64,000 nt of DNA from Vulcanimicrobiota bacterium (GTDB lineage Bacteria; Vulcanimicrobiota; Xenobia; Xenobiales; JADMJV01), in NCBI GenBank assembly GCA_050250895.1, contig JBFWNU010000010.1, positions 133,696 through 197,695 of the forward strand, given 5' to 3'. This document shows positions 19,132-28,500 of this stretch, one piece after another. The notes under the pieces are model-generated. The model saw only the letters and a program-made list of their open reading frames with translations. It did no database searches and was not told the origin of the DNA. Numbering within the stretch: position 1 is the stretch's first letter; every line of letters starts with the position of its first letter. Made by a program: the position numbers and the translations under genes.

Positions 19132-20585
19132 TAGAGCAGTTCGAAGTCTTCGATGGCGATGTCGGAGGGCCCGGCCTCGACGATGGGGGCCGATTGCGTG
19201 GCCAGTTCTACCTCGAAGCGACCCTGAAAGGCGATGACCTCGGCCACGAAGTGCCAGTTGCGCTCCCAGCCGTGCTCACAGAGTCCTTCTCCGATCCAGT
19301 CATAGAGCAGGTCGTAGACCCCCAGCGAACAGGGCGAGGCCAGATCCCGCACGGCATGCAGCGACACCTCGCGGCCGCGGGCGATGGCCACCAGTTCGTG
19401 GTGCGGACACAACTGGGCGCAAGTCACCCGTCGGCGCTCGTCGCCATGAAGTTCGCCCAGCATGCTGGCCTTCTTCTGCCGGCCCGAGGCGATCGTTTCG
19501 GCCTGGAGCTGACTGGTGCGCACCTCCCAGCGGCGCTGGTCGATGCAGAGGTAGCCATCCTCGAAATAGACCTGGTTGCCTCCGGGTAGCTCGAACTGGC
19601 TCCAGTGGCTCCACTGGGCCGCCAGCACCAGGACTCGGGTCGGGCCCACGACGGCCACCGCTCCCCGCGAGCCCTCGCCACCCACCACTTTGAGGATGGG
19701 CTCACCCAGACTGATACGCTGGTCGGGTTTGCCGACCCAGAAGTTCTCTCCCTCTGCGATGACCAGATCGTGGTCGTTGGCCACCGCGTAGAGGGCGTTC
19801 GAGGCGCACTTGCCGAGCAGCTCTGGCCTGGCGAAGGTCCGCCAACGATAGACCTGGCCGTTGGCCAGGCGCACGGCCAGGGTGCGACCGTCGTGGTTGA
19901 AGCGAAGCCCGGCCACCCGTCGGGGGAACCCATGCTGATTGCGCACGATAGGGTAGGGCAGATAGCGGCCGTCGGCTTGAGGGCAAAGTTCGGTCAGGCG
20001 GTGGAAAAAGTCCCGGTCGGCCGGGCCGGCCGGCTCGAACTCGCGCTCGACCAGATGCTTGACGATGAGGGCGGCGGCGGCTGGTGAAGCCTGTCTGAGC
20101 AGCCGGTAGGCGCTGTGGTCGTCGACCATCTCCAGGCGGGTGCGCACTTCATCGAGGCCGAGGTCGTTCGAGAGACCTTCGCTGCGACTATCATCGAGGG
20201 CGGCCAGCAACTCGGGGCGACCGAGCTTGCGCAACTGACTGAGCACTTGCCGGCGCACCTCCAGGGGGGCCTGCCGATAGGCCTGTCCCAGCAGCTTGCC
20301 GCCTTCGAAGTCGAGCCGGTCGTAAGCCTTTTCGCGCCCGAGCAGAAAGAGCACCAGAGCGGTGCGGTGGGGCGGCAGCTGGCCGGCGGCCAGAGTGCCC
20401 TCGAGTTCGCGGCAGTCCATGGCCTTTTTCGGCCAGAAGCCTCGTTTGGAAGCCTCTGGCTTGACGCGCCAATCGGGAGGAGACGGACTGGCCGTCAGGA
20501 CAGGGGGGGCGTTTTTGGTTACAGCGGCCGTGGGTTCGCGAGGGCGGTCTAGAGAGGTGAACCAGTTGGCTATCGCCTTGAACAT
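19131..20585 (-). CDS. Helical N-domain plus degenerate WD40/beta-propeller-like protein
   Basis: LFLLGREKAYDRLDFEG; WD-like VAGLRFNHDGRTLAV...VYRW; acidic tail GPSDIAIED. Confidence 0.65.
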   Translation of the reverse strand: MFKAIANWFTSLDRPREPTAAVTKNAPPVLTASPSPPDWRVKPEASKRGFWPKKAMDCRELEGTLAAGQLPPHRTALVLFLLGREKAYDRLDFEGGKLLGQAYRQAPLEVRRQVLSQLRKLGRPELLAALDDSRSEGLSNDLGLDEVRTRLEMVDDHSAYRLLRQASPAAAALIVKHLVEREFEPAGPADRDFFHRLTELCPQADGRYLPYPIVRNQHGFPRRVAGLRFNHDGRTLAVRLANGQVYRWRTFARPELLGKCASNALYAVANDHDLVIAEGENFWVGKPDQRISLGEPILKVVGGEGSRGAVAVVGPTRVLVLAAQWSHWSQFELPGGNQVYFEDGYLCIDQRRWEVRTSQLQAETIASGRQKKASMLGELHGDERRRVTCAQLCPHHELVAIARGREVSLHAVRDLASPCSLGVYDLLYDWIGEGLCEHGWERNWHFVAEVIAFQGRFEVELATQSAPIVEAGPSDIAIEDFELL

Positions 20586-20624
20586 GCCATAAGCATAGCC
20601 GGGGGGGGCACGTGATGTCTGTGA

Positions 20625-22151
20625 TCAGGCTAACTTTACCACCGGGTAGCGATCCAGCACCCAGAGGTTGGTGACCAGGTCCAGCGCGCTGACCACCAGG
20701 CGCTTGCGCTCGTCGATGGCAAATTCGACCTGGAAACGGCGCTGGCCGTAGGCAGCCGGCGGGTCGGCCAGCAAGAAGGTGGGAGCCTCTTCGTTCATCC
20801 AGAAGCGACTTCGCCGCTCGGCCTCGCCGGCCTCGACCTGACGGAGTCGGGCCCCGCCGTTGCCGTCAAAGACCAGCTCGGTGGCCTGGCGCGGCCGGGC
20901 CCGCGACATCTCGAAGATAGCCAGGCCGAGCTGACGCTGACCCTCATAGTTGGCCTTGACCACCATACGGGCCACCGGCCCCTCGGTTGGATAGGTGGTG
21001 CCGGGCTTGACCAGGGTCTGAAAATGCTCCTTCTCGCTGGCCGGATCGACCCAGCGAATAGCATACTCGTGCTGGATATGGTCGAACAGCTCGCCGCCGC
21101 CCAGCCAGGTAGCCGCCCCCAGGGCCACCGCCTGCATGGGGTTGTCGAGGCGCACCCGCGAGGCGCCGAAGATGCGCTTGACCTGACTTTGCACGGCCGG
21201 GATCAGGCTCGAGCCGCCGACCATGAAGACGGCCATCACCTGGTCTTCGTCATAGCCCCGCTCGCGCGAGGCGGCCAGGGCCCGACGAATGGTGCGGTCG
21301 ATGGCGGCAAAGCCATCCCTTTCCTCAACCAGGCGCTCGAAACCGGCTCGGTCGAGTGAAAAGCCCAAGGCTTTGCCGGTGGCCGGGTCGACCAGGCTCA
21401 GCTCGCTTCGCTCCACTTTGGACAATCGTTCCTTGAGTCCCTCGCATTCGGCCAGCAGGGCCGCGCTCAGCGAGACCACGGTGGGGTGGTCGGGAGTGAG
21501 ATGGTGATGGGCCAGCACCGCCTCATAGAGCCAGCCGTCGAGGGTGGCCCCGCCCAACTCTTCGCCGGCCTTACCCAGCACGCGGCAACCGTTCTCTTCT
21601 ACCCGCACTACCGACACGTCGAGGGTGCCGCCGCCGAAGTCAAAGACCAGGTAGACATGGCCCCGCTGGGCATTGACCTGATAGCCCAGGGCGGCGGCGC
21701 TGGCTTCGTCGAGCAGACGCAGACGCGGGCAGTCGGCCCGTTCGGCCACTTCGGCCAGCCAGTTCTCGTAGAACTCGAACGATTCCACCGGCACCGTGAA
21801 GGCGACCTCGCCGCCTTCGCTGCCCAGTTCGCTCAGGCCGCTGCGCAACACCGTCTCGAGAAAATCGCCAGCGGCCTGGGCCACGCTGATGGTGCGGTCG
21901 GCGATGCGTCGCTTGATGGGGCTGCGGTGGAGCAGATAGCGCTTGAGCCAGCGAAAAGTGTGAGGATGGTGCAGCAGATTGCGGCTTCTGACTTGCTGAC
22001 CCAGCCAGCGGCGCCCCTCGGCTTGATAGTGCAGCAGCGAGGGCACCACCCCGTCGAGGCTGTAGTCGGGCAGTTGCAGGACCTGAGTCTGGTCGCGGTG
22101 CCAGTGGGCCAGCACCGTGTTCGAGGTGCCAAAGTCGACAGCCAGGCTCAA
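20625..22151 (-). CDS. Atypical Hsp70-family protein (no C-terminal lid)
   Basis: AVDFGTSNT, LDEASAAALGY, VFDFGGGTLDVS and VGGSSLIPAV; TTG start overlaps the GrpE-like stop; ~508 aa. Confidence 0.9.
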   Translation of the reverse strand: MSLAVDFGTSNTVLAHWHRDQTQVLQLPDYSLDGVVPSLLHYQAEGRRWLGQQVRSRNLLHHPHTFRWLKRYLLHRSPIKRRIADRTISVAQAAGDFLETVLRSGLSELGSEGGEVAFTVPVESFEFYENWLAEVAERADCPRLRLLDEASAAALGYQVNAQRGHVYLVFDFGGGTLDVSVVRVEENGCRVLGKAGEELGGATLDGWLYEAVLAHHHLTPDHPTVVSLSAALLAECEGLKERLSKVERSELSLVDPATGKALGFSLDRAGFERLVEERDGFAAIDRTIRRALAASRERGYDEDQVMAVFMVGGSSLIPAVQSQVKRIFGASRVRLDNPMQAVALGAATWLGGGELFDHIQHEYAIRWVDPASEKEHFQTLVKPGTTYPTEGPVARMVVKANYEGQRQLGLAIFEMSRARPRQATELVFDGNGGARLRQVEAGEAERRSRFWMNEEAPTFLLADPPAAYGQRRFQVEFAIDERKRLVVSALDLVTNLWVLDRYPVVKLA

Positions 22152-22627
22152 ATCGGCTCGACCCCCGCCGCCACCAGCACCTCTTCGCCAAAGGCCAGGC
22201 CGGGCACCCGCACTCGAACCGGCGACCCGGTGGCCAGCTCGAGAGCAGCCAGGGGCCGGTGGCGATTGAGGTCGAAGGCGACTTCTTGCCCCACCTCGCC
22301 GACCCACACCAGGCCCTGGGCCTCCAGCGTCGAGAAGATCCGTCTGACCACCGTCAGCACATCGGCGGCCGTGAACTGGCCACCCTCGACCAGGGCCGAT
22401 TGCAGAGCCAGCTGGCAAAGGGCCGGACCCATGGCCTGCAGCAGCTCGCGCCGGGCGGATTCGGCCTGGCGAGGCCCCGCCTGGGCCAGCCGCCCCACCT
22501 CGGCCTCGAGGCCCGAGACCTTAGCGGCCAAATCCTGGGTTTCTAGACGCAGCTCACCCAGCTGGCGGGTGGCCTCGAGGTAATCCTGGCGGGGAACGGC
22601 GCCCAGTAGGCGGTGGAGCCACTGCAT
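22148..22627 (-). CDS. GrpE-like protein
   Basis: Coiled coil followed by GEVGQEVAFDLNRHRP...VRVRVPG beta head; coupled to the Hsp70 gene. Confidence 0.8.
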   Translation of the reverse strand: MQWLHRLLGAVPRQDYLEATRQLGELRLETQDLAAKVSGLEAEVGRLAQAGPRQAESARRELLQAMGPALCQLALQSALVEGGQFTAADVLTVVRRIFSTLEAQGLVWVGEVGQEVAFDLNRHRPLAALELATGSPVRVRVPGLAFGEEVLVAAGVEPI

Positions 22628-22646
22628 GCCCGCTCTTTCGCCCATG

Positions 22647-22676
22647 AAAAAAGCCCGGCCTGCCGGCCGGGCTTTT
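22647..22676 (-). terminator. Rho-independent terminator (possibly bidirectional)
   Basis: aaaaaa-gcccggcc-tgcc-ggccgggc-tttt just after the 22689 stop. Confidence 0.8.
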
Positions 22677-22688
22677 GGCAAGAGGCGC

Positions 22689-23990
22689 CTACTGAGTGAT
22701 GCGCCAGTTGTCGGTGGCCACGCCCAGGAAATCGAACTGGGTGTTGCTCTCGAAGTCGATGCGCACCGTCTGGCCAGCGAAGGCCGAGATGTCGGCGGTG
22801 AACTGGGTCATCGGCGTCACCTGGGTGGGGGCGCCAGGGTCGGTGGTGAACAAAGTGGCCAGCACGGCATCGGTACCGGTGTTGCGCACGGTGACCCGCA
22901 GATACTCGTTGGCGGCGTCGAACGGAAAATTGGTTCCCAGTTGATACTCCATTTGCCAGCGCAGCGTGGTGGCGTTGGCGGGAATGGCCACATCCTGGAA
23001 CATGCGGGCCGTCGAGGCTTGATTCTCGCAGACGAACTGCAAGTCGGTGCCGTGAGTCGAGGTGAAGGTATGGGGGAAGAAGTTGGCCTGGAAGGTGTTG
23101 GCCTCGTTGGCCATGTTGAAGAAGTCGACCACCGCGTCACCGTTCATGATGGGAAGGCCGTTGGTGGTGATGCCCTGGGTTTTGCCGGCGACGGTGCCGG
23201 TCTGCTGCAGGGTCCAGCCGGTATAGTCGCCGGTCTCGAAGCTGCCGTTGGCCAGCACGTCGGTGACGTTGAACGGGTTGCTGGCGCCGTTGCCGCCGGT
23301 GACCGCGGCCACCAGCACGTAGCCGTTGCCGGCGTTGGAGATGCGCAGATTGTTGAAGGTGGCCACACCGTTGACGGTGGTGGCGGTGGTGGTGCCCTCG
23401 AGGGTCGCCCCGCCGGGGTTGGCGCCGAAAACGATGGTGACGGTGGCAGCGGTGTCGATCAGGTTGCCGAAGGCGTCGCGCACTTCGACCACCACGGCCG
23501 GGTTGATAGCAAAGCCCGACAGCGTGTTGGTGGGCTGGGTGGTAAAGGTCACCTGGGTGCCGCCGGCCGGGGTGATGGTGAAGGGATTGCTCACCGCCGA
23601 CAGCAGGCCGGGAGAAGTGGCCGTGAAGGTGTAGGTGCCAGCCAGGTTCACCGAAAGATTGTTGAAGGTGGCCACGCCGTTGACGGCGTTGACGGTGGTG
23701 GTACCCGCCAAAGTGGCTCCGTTGGGGGTGGTCAGGGCAAGGGTGATGGGATTGGTCGCCGTGGTCACTACCTGGCCGTCAAAGTCGAGCACGGCCACTT
23801 GAATCGGGCTAAAGGTGGTGCCAGCCACGCGGGCCACAGCCGTTTGAAAGGCCAGCCGCACGGGTGCGTCGTTGTTTTGGAAAGTGGTGGGCGGAAATTC
23901 ATTGCCGTCACCGGTGCTGCCGGCGTCGCAGCCGGCCATGAAAAGTGCCAGGGCGACGGCCACCAGCACACCTAGAGTCTTCTTGAACAT
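22689..23990 (-). CDS. Lipoprotein with two Ig-like repeats and a C-terminal beta-sandwich/CBM-like domain (copy 2)
   Basis: Lipobox FMAG-C; NGVATFNNL occurs twice; LANGSFETGD. Confidence 0.85.
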   Translation of the reverse strand: MFKKTLGVLVAVALALFMAGCDAGSTGDGNEFPPTTFQNNDAPVRLAFQTAVARVAGTTFSPIQVAVLDFDGQVVTTATNPITLALTTPNGATLAGTTTVNAVNGVATFNNLSVNLAGTYTFTATSPGLLSAVSNPFTITPAGGTQVTFTTQPTNTLSGFAINPAVVVEVRDAFGNLIDTAATVTIVFGANPGGATLEGTTTATTVNGVATFNNLRISNAGNGYVLVAAVTGGNGASNPFNVTDVLANGSFETGDYTGWTLQQTGTVAGKTQGITTNGLPIMNGDAVVDFFNMANEANTFQANFFPHTFTSTHGTDLQFVCENQASTARMFQDVAIPANATTLRWQMEYQLGTNFPFDAANEYLRVTVRNTGTDAVLATLFTTDPGAPTQVTPMTQFTADISAFAGQTVRIDFESNTQFDFLGVATDNWRITQ

Positions 23991-24077
23991 TTCTACCCCC
24001 TCGGGAATGATGAAGCGCGCCCTTCGCGGCTATCAGGTGTCAGGCCTGCCTCGGCTCTTTGTGACAGCTTGAGGCAA

Positions 24078-24115
24078 AATAAAACAGCCCGGTTCGCAAA
24101 CCGGACTGTTTTATT
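24078..24115. terminator. Bidirectional rho-independent terminator
   Basis: aataaaacag-cccggtt-cgca-aaccgg-actgttttatt. Confidence 0.8.
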
Positions 24116-24130
24116 AGGCTGGCGAATCGA

Positions 24131-25435
24131 CTATTGGGTGATGCGCCAGTTGTCGGTGGCCACACTCAGGAAGTCGTTCTGGGTGTTGCTTTCGAAGTCG
24201 ATGCGCACGGTCTGGCCGGCAAAGGCCGAGATGTCGGCGGTGAACTGGGTCATCGGCGTCACCTGGGTGGGGGCGCCGGGGTCGGTGGTGAACAGGGTGG
24301 CCAGCACGGCATCGGTGCCGGGGTTGCGCACGGTCACCCGCAGATACTCGGTGGCGGCGTCGAACGGAAAATTGGTCCCCAACTGATATTCCATTTGCCA
24401 GCGCAGGTTGGCGGCGTTGGCGGGAATGGCCACATCCTGGAACATGCGGGCGGTCGAGGGATCGCCTTCGCACACGAACTGAAGATTGGTGCCATGGGTC
24501 GAGGCGAAGGCGTGAGGGAAGAAGTTCGGCTGCAAGGTGCTGGCGGCTTCGTTGGCCATGTTGAAGAAGTCGAACACTGCGTCACCGAGGTTGACGGTGG
24601 TGCCGTTGGTGGTGATGGCCTGGGTCTTGCGGGCGACGGTGCCGGTCTGCTGCAGGGTCCAGCCGGTGTAGTCGCCGGTCTCGAAGCTGCCGTTGGCCAG
24701 CACGTCGGTGACGTTGAACGGGTTGCTCGCGCCGTTGCCACCGGTGACCGCGGCCACCAGCACGTAGCCGTTGCCGGCGTTGGAAATGCGCAGGTTGTTG
24801 AAGGTGGCCACTCCGTTGACGGTGGTGGCGGTGTTGGTGCCCTCGAGGGTGGCCCCGCCGGGGTTGGCGCCGAACACGATGGTGACGGTGGCGGCGGTGT
24901 CGATCAGGTTGCCGAAGGCGTCGCGCACTTCGACCACCACGGCCGGGTTGATAGCAAAGCCCGACAGTGTGTTGGTGGGCTGGGTGGTAAAGGTCACCTG
25001 GGTGCCGCCGGCCGGGGTGATGGTGAAGGGGTTGCTTACCGCCGACAGCAGGCCGGGAGAAGTGGCGGTGAAGGTGTAGGTGCCGGCCAGGTTCACCGAA
25101 AGATTGTTGAAGGTGGCCACGCCGTTGACGGCGTTGACCGTGGTCGTGCCCGCCAAAGTGGCCCCGTTGGGGGTGGTCAGGGCAAGGGTGATGGGGTTGG
25201 TAGCCGTGGTGACCACCTGGCCGTCAAAGTCGAGCACGGCCACTTGGATCGGGCTAAAGGTGGTGCCAGCCACGCGGGCCACAGCCGTTTGAAAGGCCAG
25301 CCGCACGGGTGCGTCGTTGTTTTGGAAACTGGTGGGCGGAAATTCATTGCCGTCACCAGTGCTGCCGGCGTCGCAGCCGGCCATGAAGAGCGCCAGCACA
25401 CATAGGGCTAGCGTCAGAATACTTCGTTTCAACAT
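24131..25435 (-). CDS. Lipoprotein with two Ig-like repeats and a C-terminal beta-sandwich/CBM-like domain (copy 1)
   Basis: Near-identical paralog of 22689..23990; GGAGGG RBS. Confidence 0.85.
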   Translation of the reverse strand: MLKRSILTLALCVLALFMAGCDAGSTGDGNEFPPTSFQNNDAPVRLAFQTAVARVAGTTFSPIQVAVLDFDGQVVTTATNPITLALTTPNGATLAGTTTVNAVNGVATFNNLSVNLAGTYTFTATSPGLLSAVSNPFTITPAGGTQVTFTTQPTNTLSGFAINPAVVVEVRDAFGNLIDTAATVTIVFGANPGGATLEGTNTATTVNGVATFNNLRISNAGNGYVLVAAVTGGNGASNPFNVTDVLANGSFETGDYTGWTLQQTGTVARKTQAITTNGTTVNLGDAVFDFFNMANEAASTLQPNFFPHAFASTHGTNLQFVCEGDPSTARMFQDVAIPANAANLRWQMEYQLGTNFPFDAATEYLRVTVRNPGTDAVLATLFTTDPGAPTQVTPMTQFTADISAFAGQTVRIDFESNTQNDFLSVATDNWRITQ

Positions 25436-25550
25436 TTTCGGATCCCCTCCGTGGAACTAATCGCGGGCGATTAGACATGGCCTGAGCTCTCTCCTGCCGA
25501 ACTGACACAGCACCCAGGAATCGTAACAACCTTTTGATAAAATACCCTTT

Positions 25551-25967
25551 ATGGCACGCTGGGCAAAGCAAGGCGCCACCCTGGCCGAGGTGATGATCGG
25601 GTTGCTGGTCTTCGCGATTTTCACTTTGGCCATTACGGCCACCCTGATTCAGGCCGCCCGTCTCGAGCAAAAGGAAGAAGAGAACACCCACGTCACCTTT
25701 GTGGCTCAGCGCCTGGTCGAACAGAGAGTCGATCAGGCCCGTAGCCTGGCCGGCTACGCCAATTTGGCCGACGTGCCTTTGTCGCCCGCTCCCGAGAACG
25801 GCTTTCTCTACCAGCAAGAGGTAGTCGAGTTGACGCCGGGGTTAAAGAAGATCACGGTGTCCCTGTTTTTTGCCGACCGCGAGAATCCGGCCGTGGTCGA
25901 TGCCGGCCGTCCCCGCGGTGGAGAGGCACTCACCCTGGGCGTGACGGTAGGCGAGCCCCACCCGTGA
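25551..25967 (+). CDS. Type IV minor pilin (PilV-like)
   Basis: Class III signal KQG^ATLAEVMIG. Confidence 0.8.
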   Translation: MARWAKQGATLAEVMIGLLVFAIFTLAITATLIQAARLEQKEEENTHVTFVAQRLVEQRVDQARSLAGYANLADVPLSPAPENGFLYQQEVVELTPGLKKITVSLFFADRENPAVVDAGRPRGGEALTLGVTVGEPHP

Positions 25968-26599
25968 AGCGCGGTTTTTCCATCGTCGAAGTGATGGTGG
26001 CCGCTGGCCTTTTTCTGATTCTCATGACCCTGGCCTGGGGCGGCTTCAGCGTGCTCAATCGGGGCGGCGAGGGCTTGCGGGCCAGCAGTGAGCCGCGCCA
26101 ACAGTTGCGGGTCCTGCTGGCCAATCTGCAAAACGATCTCCGCATGGCCTCCTATATCTACCCGGCCGATACCTACACCATTTTAGGGCAGAGCCTCACG
26201 ACGCCGGCCACCGGGGGCACGGCCCGGGCCCTGGTCTTTGCCGTGCCCGAGAACAGCACCCCGCCGCTCACTTACAAGGTGTGTACCGTCTTCGCCCGGC
26301 CCCGCCAACCGGCCGACCCCAATAACCCAAACGCTCACGAGGTGGTCTACTACACCGTCGAGGGAGTGGACCCGCCGACTTCGGACTTTCCCAGTGAGAT
26401 CGACCCAAATCTGTTGCCGCCCAACGGCAGTTTGCGGCTCTTCGATGCTTATTTGGACGGACCGAACGCCTTGCAACTCACCTTGTCAGATGAGGGCAAT
26501 GGCGTGATTTTTCAGGTAGACTTTAGAAGGCAGCCTGTTCGGGGGGAAGAGCAAAAGGACAGCCTCGAGACGGCCATCACGATGAGGAACAATCGATGA
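25964..26599 (+). CDS. Type IV minor pilin (PilW-like)
   Basis: KRG^FSIVEVMV. Confidence 0.8.
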   Translation: MKRGFSIVEVMVAAGLFLILMTLAWGGFSVLNRGGEGLRASSEPRQQLRVLLANLQNDLRMASYIYPADTYTILGQSLTTPATGGTARALVFAVPENSTPPLTYKVCTVFARPRQPADPNNPNAHEVVYYTVEGVDPPTSDFPSEIDPNLLPPNGSLRLFDAYLDGPNALQLTLSDEGNGVIFQVDFRRQPVRGEEQKDSLETAITMRNNR

Positions 26600-28500
26600 A
26601 ATCACCACGAAGAGCCTTCGTGCTGGGCACGGCCCTGGCGCTGATCCCGATCGGAGTGCTGTTGATCTTTTCGGTGGTGCGCTCGGTCACGGCCGGGTCG
26701 GGTTTCGGCATGCAGGCTCAGCACAAAGCCCGGGCCTTTTATCTGGCCCAATCGGGCCTGGAAATCGGCTTTCATTGCTTTCAGGCCGAGAACTTCTCGG
26801 GCACCACCCACGAGCCTGACGGCTCGGCTACCAACTCGGCCAGCCCCACCCTCCTGCAGGCCGCCGCCTTTCCCGGTCTGACCCGAGACGGAGCGGGCTG
26901 GTACACCTGGCGCTGGGATCCGGGCGACCCGGTGGCTGACTCTTACACTCGCAGCGGATTGCCGGAGCGCTTCCGCTTTCAAGTCCTTTACCCGACCCCG
27001 GGCTTCTTTCGCATCGTCTGTGAAGCCTCGGTGGGCTCGCGCACCAACACCCAACAGGTCGAGGGGACTCTCGAGTCGGGCTTTAACTATGTGGTCTTCG
27101 ACAATGGCGACCTGGCCGACTTCACCCACTCCAACAGCGAGACCATCACCGGCAAGATTCACGCCAACGGCAACCTCTACATGCGTCCCTATAAGACCGA
27201 GGGTCTGGTGGCCTTGCTGAGGACGGTGTTTGACGACACCGACCCCGAGTTGAACATCTTTACCGACTCGATGACCGCCGGCGGCAATGTGGTACGCCAC
27301 ATCGACCCCTGGGATCAGGCCGACGATGGCGGAACCGTCCGGCTGACCAACTCGTCGACCTCGAAGTCCAATCTCTTCGAGGGCCACGCCCAGGGACAAT
27401 CGGGACAGGGGAATGCCTATGATTCCTACCACCCCGACTGGTCCGACCCCGGCACCAGCGGCGCGCTGTCGCGCTGGGACTCGGCGGTGGCTGACAAGAC
27501 TCTCGGGGCGAAGACTCGCTCGGCCCCTTCCCGCAAGGCGTTCCTGCCCGGCGGCTACTACGAGCAGAAGGCCGAACTGAAGATCGACTCGGGCAGCGCC
27601 GCCCCCTGGATCCACGAGACGACCTTTTACAACGAGGCTGAAGAGCGTTCGGTCACGGTCAAGGAGATCGACGTCAAGGCCATGGCCGCCGCGGGAGCCT
27701 GGCCCAGCAACGGCTTGATGCACTCTTCGGTGCCCATTCGCCTGATTAACGGCGAGAAGTTGTCGGGTCCGCTGACGGTGACCTCGGCCTCGACCATCTA
27801 TGTCAAAGGAGACTTCAATAAGCAGTTTCCCGACCCGGCTTCCAGGGCCGCCGGAGTGGCTCAGATGCAGCCGGCGGCGCTCATGACTACCGATCGCATC
27901 TACAAGCTCACGGGGGACTATGTCGACCACACCACTCCGACCTATCCCACTGTGGTCGACCTCGCCCTGGGCGCCGGCTTTCCTGAAGCCACCGATGGTG
28001 AGACCTATCCCGGCGACGAGATCGACACGCTCGAGATCAACGGGGCCCTGGTCGACGGCAGCCCCACCACCGACGGCCGGGCCTGGGTCGACGACCCCGC
28101 CAACCCGTACTGGATCGCCGGCACCGGGATCGACAATCCTTTTACCGGGCACCTCGACCGCAAAGTGAAACAGTTGCCTTCTTCGCCGATGGAGGTCAGG
28201 GTCGTCTATCCCCAGTCCGACGATTACCTCGAGAACCTGCAGAAGGTTCGCGTGCGCACCATCGGCGCGGTGATGCATCTGCGGGTTGCCGATATGGCCA
28301 GCTTCGATAACTCCGACGCGGACCAACTGATCACGCCCTGGATCGAGAAATCCTATTACATTCCGCCCGATGACGACATCGGGGGCGAGCCGGGAGTGGT
28401 CTTCTCACACGACCCGGCCATGGCCACTCCGGCCGGGGCCATGAGTAGCGTGCCGTTCGCGCCCGTGGTGGCCCGCCGCACCCGCTGGTCAAGTCGCTAG
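26596..28500 (+). CDS. Large PilX-like pilin/tip protein
   Basis: RRA^FVLGTAL (no E5), ARAFYLAQSG, ITGKIHANGNLY and IYVKGDFN. Confidence 0.75.
   Translation: MKSPRRAFVLGTALALIPIGVLLIFSVVRSVTAGSGFGMQAQHKARAFYLAQSGLEIGFHCFQAENFSGTTHEPDGSATNSASPTLLQAAAFPGLTRDGAGWYTWRWDPGDPVADSYTRSGLPERFRFQVLYPTPGFFRIVCEASVGSRTNTQQVEGTLESGFNYVVFDNGDLADFTHSNSETITGKIHANGNLYMRPYKTEGLVALLRTVFDDTDPELNIFTDSMTAGGNVVRHIDPWDQADDGGTVRLTNSSTSKSNLFEGHAQGQSGQGNAYDSYHPDWSDPGTSGALSRWDSAVADKTLGAKTRSAPSRKAFLPGGYYEQKAELKIDSGSAAPWIHETTFYNEAEERSVTVKEIDVKAMAAAGAWPSNGLMHSSVPIRLINGEKLSGPLTVTSASTIYVKGDFNKQFPDPASRAAGVAQMQPAALMTTDRIYKLTGDYVDHTTPTYPTVVDLALGAGFPEATDGETYPGDEIDTLEINGALVDGSPTTDGRAWVDDPANPYWIAGTGIDNPFTGHLDRKVKQLPSSPMEVRVVYPQSDDYLENLQKVRVRTIGAVMHLRVADMASFDNSDADQLITPWIEKSYYIPPDDDIGGEPGVVFSHDPAMATPAGAMSSVPFAPVVARRTRWSSR

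Noticed and set aside
20625-22627. Housekeeping dnaK-grpE operon
   Set aside because: The Hsp70 is short and divergent with no lid, and there is no dnaJ, hrcA or CIRCE element.
22626-25405. Long plus-strand ORFs of 449 and 423 aa, and similar long antisense ORFs elsewhere (e.g. 26602..28326, 56929..58185)
   Set aside because: Shadows of real genes caused by high-GC codon bias; no motifs.
22689-25435. Diversity-generating retroelement TR/VR pair
   Set aside because: Both copies are full genes, differences are not adenine-specific and include an indel, and no reverse transcriptase is present.
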